From the sequence record SRR20825006_808: 34,050 nt of DNA. The stretch is one strand, 5' to 3'. Positions 18,003 through 26,385 of this stretch are shown piece by piece. Positions within the stretch are counted from its first letter, which is position 1. The number at the start of each line of letters is the position of its first letter. The translations under genes were made by a program, and so were the position numbers. The notes beneath the pieces were generated by a model. That model searched no databases, was not told the DNA's origin, and worked only from the letters and a program-made list of their open reading frames with translations.

Positions 18003-18653
18003 ATGCGTATGCCATCCGCCCCCACCTTCACCATCGCCGCTGGCTTGGCCGCCATGGCGCTTGCGTTCTTCTCGAATGCGGGCGCGCAGGACCAACCCCT
18101 GGCAGAAACGGCCCCCAAGCGGCTGTCTTCGGCCATTTTTGCGGGCGGGTGTTTCTGGTGCGTTGAGTCTGATTTCGACAAGGTTGATGGCGTGATCGAC
18201 ACCGTGTCCGGCTATACGGGCGGTGAAATCGCCAATCCGACTTACAAGCAGGTCTCCAAGGAGAACACCGGCCATTACGAGGCCGTAAAGGTTACCTACG
18301 ACCCGGATCTGGTCAGCTATGACACATTGGTCGAGTATTTTTTCCGGCACGTGGATCCCACAGATCCCTATGGTCAGTTCTGCGACAAGGGCGACAGTTA
18401 TCGTACCGCGATCTTCGTCAACACTGATGACGAGCGCGCGGTGGCTGAAGCCGAGATTGCCGAGATCGAGACGTCAGGCGTGCTGAAGGACCCCATCGTG
18501 ACGCGGGTGATTCAGGCCGAAACATTCTGGCCGGCCGAAGATTATCATCAGAATTATTACAAGAAGAACCCGCTCAAGTATCGCTACTATCGCGCTTCAT
18601 GTGGCCGGGATGGCCGGGTCGAAGATCTTTGGGGCGAGTCAGTCGGTCATTGA
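18003..18653 (+). CDS. msrA: Peptide-methionine (S)-S-oxide reductase with signal peptide
   Basis: GGCFWC, SGYTGG, GHYEAV, AEDYHQNYY; N-terminal hydrophobic signal ending NAGA-Q; start 18003 or 18009. Confidence 0.92.
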   Translation: MRMPSAPTFTIAAGLAAMALAFFSNAGAQDQPLAETAPKRLSSAIFAGGCFWCVESDFDKVDGVIDTVSGYTGGEIANPTYKQVSKENTGHYEAVKVTYDPDLVSYDTLVEYFFRHVDPTDPYGQFCDKGDSYRTAIFVNTDDERAVAEAEIAEIETSGVLKDPIVTRVIQAETFWPAEDYHQNYYKKNPLKYRYYRASCGRDGRVEDLWGESVGH

Positions 18654-20368
18654 TCGGTTGGTGATGGGCAGGGCTCAGGCTTGAATTCCGTCTGTCCATC
18701 AAAACGTTCCTCCCATTCGGGTGTCCGGTCCTGACGGTCATATCCGGTACCCAGATAAAGTTGGAATTCCCGCAAGATCGGGCATCCATTGCTACGCGTT
18801 CCAAGCGGAATTGAGATCACGCCCACATGGTCAAAGGACTGGAAATCGCTTCGCAGTTTCGGGCGCATGCCGGGATGTAGCGACGCGATGAGTACGCGAT
18901 CGGCCAAACCGCCCTCAAGTGGCTGGGCTTCTGAAAAACTCTTCGGTCCGGCATAGCGGCGCCATGAAATCATCGGCGTGGTGCGCTCGCGTGCGTAATA
19001 GTCCAGGCCGTGCCAGGCTTCTCGCTCATCCACGAGCACTGAGGTTGCGCCAAGTGCATCGGCGCGCGCAAACAATTGCTCAGCGGCGCTATCCCAGCCA
19101 CGAGTGCGTTTGAGGGCGTTGTCGAAACCAAGCGAGGTCGACAGGGAGGCGGGCAGTAGCGCGAGGGTCAGCAGGGCCAGCATCAGAGCAGCGTGCAGAG
19201 ACAAACTGGTCCAGAGCAGGCCGGACGGGGAATGGCGCACAAAATGGCCGTAACCCAGAATGGCTGCTGCGACTATGGCACCAATCAACAGGCGCGTGGC
19301 GAATGACACATCCGGCGCGAGCAGAAAAGCGACGAAGCTGACCGCTGCAATGATGTACCAAAGTTTGCGATTTGGCTTTGCGCGGGCGAGCCATGAGGCC
19401 ACCAGCACGCTCGCGGCCGGATAGGCAGTTGCAGCCCAATTGGCATTGGCGCGCGACAGGACCGCTTGTGCCATGATGATCAGCAAGACCGGCAGGATAA
19501 AGCAGAGCAGCCAGCGGTCCCGGCCCATGATGCCGTCATCCTCGCTACGCATCACAAAGATGCCGAAGACGAGCGCCAGGAAACTGATTGGCCCGAACAC
19601 GCCAAGCTGATCGACCAGGAAGGTGAGGGCGTTCTCAGGATTGATAAGGTCGCCGCCAAGATTGGCATTGTCGACCGTGTGGCTCACCGTCTTGAAATCA
19701 TTCGCGGCATTCCAGGCGAGATGTGGCGCAAAGATCGCTGCTGCCACGGCCAAGGCTGCGAGGCCTTTCCAACTCAGCAGGGCACGGCGACTCTGTACGT
19801 CAATCAACAGGACCAGCACGACGCCGATCGCGAAATATAGCATTGCGTATTTCGACAGGAAGCCGAGTCCGACCGCGACGCCGAGACCCAGCGCGCTGAC
19901 CCATGCGCCTTGCCCACTGCGCAGGCGCCACAGAGCCCAAAGGGCGGCGCACCAGAAGGGGATGAGTACGCCATCTGTGGAGATCACGACAGAAGACAGT
20001 ATGACAGCCGGCATCAGTGCATAGCCAAGGCTGGCAAACATGCCGACACGTGCACCATACATGTCTCGCGCAAGGAAATAGATGAAGGTGGCACCGGCCG
20101 TGTGCAGGAAGGCCGCGGGAAGCCGTACGGCCCATTCTGCATCACCCAATACAGCTGTCACAGCATGGATGACCCACGCAATCATGGGAGGCTTGGAATA
20201 ATAGCCCCATTCCAGCGTATCGCCCCATCGCCAGTACTGCGCTTCATCTGCATATAGGTTCAGAGGCGAAATGCCTGTGAATACAACCCTCAGTACAAGC
20301 AGCATTGCCAGCGCGGTGAGTGTGATGGTCTGCCAGCGGCCAGGCGATTCGGATTCCTCGACGGTCAT
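18647..20368 (-). CDS. GT-C glycosyltransferase, family 39 / ArnT-PMT-like
   Basis: LYADEAQYWRW...YYSKPPMIAW loop, GFLSKY, multiple TM helices, C-terminal periplasmic domain. Confidence 0.85.
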   Translation of the reverse strand: MTVEESESPGRWQTITLTALAMLLVLRVVFTGISPLNLYADEAQYWRWGDTLEWGYYSKPPMIAWVIHAVTAVLGDAEWAVRLPAAFLHTAGATFIYFLARDMYGARVGMFASLGYALMPAVILSSVVISTDGVLIPFWCAALWALWRLRSGQGAWVSALGLGVAVGLGFLSKYAMLYFAIGVVLVLLIDVQSRRALLSWKGLAALAVAAAIFAPHLAWNAANDFKTVSHTVDNANLGGDLINPENALTFLVDQLGVFGPISFLALVFGIFVMRSEDDGIMGRDRWLLCFILPVLLIIMAQAVLSRANANWAATAYPAASVLVASWLARAKPNRKLWYIIAAVSFVAFLLAPDVSFATRLLIGAIVAAAILGYGHFVRHSPSGLLWTSLSLHAALMLALLTLALLPASLSTSLGFDNALKRTRGWDSAAEQLFARADALGATSVLVDEREAWHGLDYYARERTTPMISWRRYAGPKSFSEAQPLEGGLADRVLIASLHPGMRPKLRSDFQSFDHVGVISIPLGTRSNGCPILREFQLYLGTGYDRQDRTPEWEERFDGQTEFKPEPCPSPTDQ

Positions 20369-20523
20369 GGGGTGCTATTCCTTCTCAACTTGAGACTTAT
20401 GCCGCCCCACCGAGGCAGAATATACCCTGAACCGCACGTAATCTGCGCATGTCCGCCTCCAAACCGTGTCTTTTTTGCATCGCAACATATCGATCCACCG
20501 TGATCGCAGCCTTATGTGCTGAA

Positions 20524-20552
20524 CCTTCAAGATCTTGTCACTAATCTGTCAT
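20524..20552 (+). promoter_or_regulatory. Pho box (PhoB-type 11-bp direct repeats)
   Basis: CCTTCAA-gatc-TTGTCAC-taat-CTGTCAT with units at 20524, 20535 and 20546; the last two fit CTGTCAT-N4-CTGTCAT; 80 nt upstream of the TBDR ATG. Confidence 0.7.
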
Positions 20553-20631
20553 CCGGTGTCGTTATCCGACCCGCAGTACCGGCGACCCGCAAGGGGCGGT
20601 TGTCGGCGCATCACCGACTAGGGGAATAGTC

Positions 20632-23600
20632 ATGACAAATTGGACCACTTTCGGGCGTGGGGCAGCAGTATCTGCCATTGCGCTGAGCATGGCCGGCGTC
20701 GCTATGGCGCAGGTTACAACTTCAGCCGTCCGCGGCGCAGTGACCGATGATGACGGCCAGGCCGTATCCGGTGCGCTGGTTACCATCACCGATCCTTCCA
20801 CAGGGCTGACACGGACTGCGACGACCAACCAGACCGGTCTGTACAGCATCCGCAACCTGCCTGTTTCCAGCGGCTATGTCGTTACGGTGACTTCGTCAGA
20901 GTTCCAGGGCCAGTTCATCGAAGATGTGGGCCTGAACCTCGGCGATGCGACCCAGGTCGACTTCACGCTCACCAATGATGGTGAAGCGCGTCAGGAAACG
21001 ATCGTTGTTACGGCTTCCGTCTCCGATCTCGCACCGACTGCTGCTGGTCCTTCGGCGACCTTCGGCCTGGAGACGCTGCAGAGGGCCCCGGCCATCAACC
21101 GCAACATCACGGATGTCCTGCGCCTCGACCCACGCATCTATGTTGACGAATCCCGTGGTGATATCAACGCAGTCCAGTGTGGCGGTAAGAACTCCCGCTT
21201 CAACTCGCTGACCGTTGACGGCATTCGCATGAATGACAATTTCGGCCTGAATTCGAATGGTTACCCAACCGAGCGCATCCCATTTTCTTATGATGCCATT
21301 GAGCAGGTTGCGGTCGAACTGGCTCCCTTCGATGTGCAGTATGGTGGCTTCTCCGCCTGTAACATCAACGCGGTCACGAAATCCGGTACGAATGAATTCC
21401 ACGGCTACCTCTTCGGCGACTACACAAATGACGGCCTGCGCGCCGACAGCCTCGAAGGCGACGACATCACGACGGGTGAGTACGACGAAACCCGCTACGG
21501 CTTCGGCGTCGGTGGTCCGATCATCAAGGACAAGCTGTTCTTCTTCGCGGCCTACGAGAAACTTGACGGCGTGAACCTGTTTGACCGCGGCGCGATCGGC
21601 TCCGGCGCTGTCAACGAAGTGAACATCACTCAGGCCGAAGTCGATGAGATCCGCAACATCGCCATGGAACTCTATGGCTATGATCCGGGCACGATCCCGA
21701 GCAGCGCTGATAACTCCGACGAGAAGATCCTGGTCAAGCTCGACTGGAACATCAGCAACGATCACCGCGCATCCTTCACCTATAACTGGAATGATGGTTT
21801 CAACATCGCCCAGTCGGACGGTGACTCCGATGAGCTGGAATTCTCCAACCACCTCTATGAGCGTGGCGCGGAACTGACGTCCTATGCCGGTTCGCTTTAT
21901 TCTGACTGGACGGACAATTTCTCCACTGAAGTCCGACTTGCCTATTCCGAACTGGACAATCGTCAGATTTCTGTCGGCGGTACCGATTTCGGTGAGATCA
22001 CGATCGAGACCGACGATGTTGATGTCTACCTCGGTGGCGACGACTCCCGCCAAGCAAACAAGCTGTACTACGAGACCCTCAGCCTCGCGCTGAAAGGTTA
22101 CTACACGACGGGCAACCACAATTTCAGCTTCGGCTATGAGCGTGAAGCCCTCGACGTGTTCAACATGTTCGTCCAGCACGTCGAAACCGAAATCGACTTC
22201 GATGGCAATCCGTCCTCTGGCGGAGCATTCGACGATGCGATTGAGAACTTCCGTCTCGGCATCGCCGACAACGTGAACTACAACAACTCCCCAACAGGCG
22301 ATCCGAACAATGCGGCTGCTGACTGGGGATATGAGATCAACACGCTGTACGCCCAGGACGAAATTGACTTCGGCAACGGTATCGTGGTGATCGGTGGCCT
22401 GCGCTACGACTGGTACACAACCGACGACGCACCTGAAACCAATGCAGACTTCCTGGCTGACTATGGCTTCACAAATGGTGAGACGCTGGATGGTGAAGGT
22501 CTGCTTCAGCCACGTCTCGGCTTCGAGTGGGACTTCTCCGACAATCTCGACCTGCGTGGTGGTGTCGGCCTCTACTCCGGTGGCAACCCGAACGTGTGGC
22601 TGTCCAACACCTACTCAGCAAACAACGTGCTGCAGTTCGGTTCGGACGGTGGTGCATTCGGTCTTGAAAATGGCGTGACATCGCTCTTCGACATTGACTA
22701 CGGTCTTTGTGAAGACGGCGTGCCGACGGGACCGGGCTACTGTGTGCCACAAGACATGATCGACGCTGTCGCAGCTGGCGAAGGCTCGAACTTCGAGATC
22801 AACTACCTTGATCCGAACTTCGAAATTCCATCTGAGCTGAAATTTGCTTTCGGCGGTACATACTATGCTGACGCGCCTGGGCTCGGCGGCGAGTATGTCC
22901 TCTCGGGCGACATTCTGTACACCGTTGCTCAAGATAGCGCTGTCTGGATCCGCGGTGATCTCGAGCAGACTGGCACAACCACAGTCGATGGTCGCGAATA
23001 CCCGACCTACAGCAGCGTTCGTGAGGCAGCCTTCGTGCTGACCAATGCGAAAGAAGACGCCAAGTCTCTGCTGGTTTCCGGCTCGATCTCGAAGTCCTAT
23101 GACTTCGGTCTCGACTGGGCCCTGGGTTACGCCTACACGGATGCAGAAGACGTGCACCCGATGACGTCCTCGGTGGCCTTCTCGAACTACGTCAACCGCG
23201 CATTCGGCGACCCGCAGGATGTCAGCGCTTCGACGTCTGACTACAACACCAAGCACCGCTTCACGGCACTTACCAATTATGAGCGCGCTTTCTTCGGCGA
23301 CAACATGACCACGTTCTCGGCCTTCGGCCAGGCTGTGTCGGGTCGTCCATACAGCGTGGTTTACGGTGGTAGCGCGAACGGTATCAGTGGCTTCAACCCT
23401 TACCTCGAAGGCAACCCGTACCTGGCTGCTGGTGCAGAGCGTAACGGCGAAGAAGGTTCCTGGTGGGGCAAGGTCGACATCAAGCTTGAGCAGGAATTCC
23501 CTGGCTTCCTTGATCACAAGGCTTCCGGCTTCATTGTTGTCGACAACTTCACAAATCTGCTGAACGACGAGTGGGGCGTACTGCGTGAGCCTGGCTTCCC

Positions 23601-23703
23601 AGCGGTTTGTGCGGTTGACGACTTCCAGGCTGGTGATTGTGAATCTCGTCAGGGCGACGCGTCGCGCTACGAAATTCGCTTCGGCCTGCGCTACGAGTTC
23701 TAG
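20632..23703 (+). CDS. TonB-dependent outer-membrane receptor, Oar-like (N-terminal carboxypeptidase-regulatory-like domain)
   Basis: Signal peptide ending AMA-Q; ETIVVTAS TonB box; NSLTVDG and INAVTKSGTNEFHG plug motifs; GGPIIKDKLFFF; C-terminal GLRYEF; GGGGAA RBS. Confidence 0.92.
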   Translation: MTNWTTFGRGAAVSAIALSMAGVAMAQVTTSAVRGAVTDDDGQAVSGALVTITDPSTGLTRTATTNQTGLYSIRNLPVSSGYVVTVTSSEFQGQFIEDVGLNLGDATQVDFTLTNDGEARQETIVVTASVSDLAPTAAGPSATFGLETLQRAPAINRNITDVLRLDPRIYVDESRGDINAVQCGGKNSRFNSLTVDGIRMNDNFGLNSNGYPTERIPFSYDAIEQVAVELAPFDVQYGGFSACNINAVTKSGTNEFHGYLFGDYTNDGLRADSLEGDDITTGEYDETRYGFGVGGPIIKDKLFFFAAYEKLDGVNLFDRGAIGSGAVNEVNITQAEVDEIRNIAMELYGYDPGTIPSSADNSDEKILVKLDWNISNDHRASFTYNWNDGFNIAQSDGDSDELEFSNHLYERGAELTSYAGSLYSDWTDNFSTEVRLAYSELDNRQISVGGTDFGEITIETDDVDVYLGGDDSRQANKLYYETLSLALKGYYTTGNHNFSFGYEREALDVFNMFVQHVETEIDFDGNPSSGGAFDDAIENFRLGIADNVNYNNSPTGDPNNAAADWGYEINTLYAQDEIDFGNGIVVIGGLRYDWYTTDDAPETNADFLADYGFTNGETLDGEGLLQPRLGFEWDFSDNLDLRGGVGLYSGGNPNVWLSNTYSANNVLQFGSDGGAFGLENGVTSLFDIDYGLCEDGVPTGPGYCVPQDMIDAVAAGEGSNFEINYLDPNFEIPSELKFAFGGTYYADAPGLGGEYVLSGDILYTVAQDSAVWIRGDLEQTGTTTVDGREYPTYSSVREAAFVLTNAKEDAKSLLVSGSISKSYDFGLDWALGYAYTDAEDVHPMTSSVAFSNYVNRAFGDPQDVSASTSDYNTKHRFTALTNYERAFFGDNMTTFSAFGQAVSGRPYSVVYGGSANGISGFNPYLEGNPYLAAGAERNGEEGSWWGKVDIKLEQEFPGFLDHKASGFIVVDNFTNLLNDEWGVLREPGFPAVCAVDDFQAGDCESRQGDASRYEIRFGLRYEF

Positions 23704-23733
23704 TCACTCGGAACTCCGAAACTGAAAATCGGG

Positions 23734-23768
23734 AAGGGCGGCTCTGAGAAGAGCCGCCCTTTTCCTTT
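23734..23768 (+). terminator. Rho-independent terminator
   Basis: AAGGGCGGCTCT-GAGA-AGAGCCGCCCTT perfect 12-bp stem followed by TTCCTTT. Confidence 0.88.
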
Positions 23769-23783
23769 GGAACAAGGTGTGGC

Positions 23784-24779
23784 ATGGCGCGCTCAATGTC
23801 TGACATGAAACCTCATCTCCTGCCCGAATGGGCCCCTCATGCTGCTCTCTGGGTTGGCTGGCCGCGTCTTCTTGAAGAGTGGGGCGGCAACCTTGAAGGT
23901 CCACGCAAAGATATCTCCGGATTCATCCGCGCCGCATCGGACTATGTGCCGATCCGGGTCGCGGTAGGGTCAGATGAAGCCGAGGCAACGGCGGGTGCAG
24001 CCGTAGGTGATTGCGCTGAGGTCTGCCGAATTCCGACCGGTGACATCTGGATGCGCGACACCGGGCCAATCATTACAGGAACGGGCGATGCGCGCCGCGC
24101 GCAGGCCTTCCGCTTCAATGGCTGGGGCGGAAAATACCTGATGCCAGGCGACACGGAAACGGCGACGGCCATTGCGCAGCACGAAGGCATTCCGGTTTCG
24201 CAGCACGCGATGGTTCTGGAAGGCGGGGGCATTGATGCGGACGGCACAGGCCGCCTGCTGACAACCGGACAATGCCTGCTCAATCCAAACCGAAATCCGG
24301 GTATGGATCAGGCCGAGATCGAGATGGCGATTGCCGAGGCGCTCGGCGTACTGGAGTTCATTTGGCTCGGCGACGGCTTGCTCAATGACCATACAGATGG
24401 CCATGTCGACAATATCGCCCGTTTCATCGCGCCGGGACATGCGATCTGCCAGCATCCATCGGGCGCAGACGACCCGAATGCTGATACGCTGCAGGAGATT
24501 GAAACAACGCTCCGCAGGGCTGGGCTCGAGGTTACCACCATTCCCTCACCCGGGCTTGTGAAGGACGAGGATGGAAATCCGATTCCGGCAAGCCATATGA
24601 ATTTCACAATCACGAACGGCGCGGTCCTCGTGCCCGTTTACGAAGACCGTTACAGCCTTGTGGCGCAGGCCGAACTGAGCGCTCTGTTCGAAGGTCGCAA
24701 GGTGATCGGCCTGCCGGCACGCAATATTCTCAATGGCGGGGGCAGCTTCCACTGCATGACCCGCGAAATTCCAGCTTGA
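23784..24779 (+). CDS. aguA: Agmatine deiminase
   Basis: PEWAPH, DIWMRDTGP, FNGWGGKY, LEGGG, LLNPNRN, DHTDGHVDN, GGGSFHCMT; start could be 23796 or 23805. Confidence 0.93.
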   Translation: MARSMSDMKPHLLPEWAPHAALWVGWPRLLEEWGGNLEGPRKDISGFIRAASDYVPIRVAVGSDEAEATAGAAVGDCAEVCRIPTGDIWMRDTGPIITGTGDARRAQAFRFNGWGGKYLMPGDTETATAIAQHEGIPVSQHAMVLEGGGIDADGTGRLLTTGQCLLNPNRNPGMDQAEIEMAIAEALGVLEFIWLGDGLLNDHTDGHVDNIARFIAPGHAICQHPSGADDPNADTLQEIETTLRRAGLEVTTIPSPGLVKDEDGNPIPASHMNFTITNGAVLVPVYEDRYSLVAQAELSALFEGRKVIGLPARNILNGGGSFHCMTREIPA

Positions 24780-24795
24780 TTTCCAGGAGCGAGCC

Positions 24796-25634
<839 letters not shown>

Positions 25635-25638
<4 letters not shown>

Positions 25639-26186
25639 TTTCGACGAAGCGGCGGGTCATTGCGGACAAAGCGGGTCTCTTCCCGTTTTTCAGGCTTGGG
25701 CGCTTTCAGGTCGGCCACGTGAATGATGCCGGAATCCGAGGCGTAGTCTGCGGCGAGGCTGGTGAGAACCGTGTCGAATTCGTCGAAACTGGCGCGCCGA
25801 TCCAGATTTGGGTCGAAGCGAGCCGGATTTCCCAGCGTGTCGTCGCGGGTCGGCTGGCTTTCCGCCCATGAGAGCTGTTCGAGCGGGCTGAGATAGCCGT
25901 CCTTATTGGAATCGGCCTCAAGGAAGGCAGCCTCAATGCCCGTGGCGAGTTCTTCCGGGGTGACATTGCCATCCAGGTTGGCATCGAAACTGACAATCAA
26001 TCCACCTCCCGCCACAAGGCGTTCTGGGACATGTCCATTCGCTTTGGCACCGCGTCTTGTCGGGCCGGGATAAGACTGCCCCGGCAGGCGCACAAGATCG
26101 TCGCCCTCATCTTCGGCACCGGCAGATGCAGGTGCACCAAGACAAACGAGTGCCGCCACGGAAAGGGCAAGGGCCAGATTACGCAT
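25635..26186 (-). CDS. Exported EF-hand calcium-binding protein
   Basis: Signal peptide ending ASA; loops DANLDGNVTPEE, DSNKDGYLSPLE, DPNLDRRASFDE; GGGAG RBS. Confidence 0.75.
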
Positions 26187-26294
26187 GAAGAGACTCCCAG
26201 AAGGTTCGAGGGATCAGACTATGTCGGTGTGGCGTTTTTGCAACATGACGTTTCAGTTATCTTGTCTGGACATCGGTCTGGCATTAGCGTCTCG

Positions 26295-26310
26295 TTAACG
26301 CCGCCTTAAC
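26295..26310. promoter_or_regulatory. CtrA-binding site
   Basis: TTAA-cgccgcc-TTAAC, exact TTAA-N7-TTAAC consensus; extra half-site TTAACC at 26328; lies between the EF-hand gene and divL. Confidence 0.8.
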
Positions 26311-26385
26311 GCAAAGGGAGCAATCCGTTAACCAGTTGCGGCCGCCGACCGGTGGTCGATTCGTGCGATTTGGATTGAAGACACT

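Noticed and set aside
20896..23517. Antisense ORFs of 427 and 300 aa within the TonB receptor
   Set aside because: Shadows of strongly biased codon usage on the sense strand.
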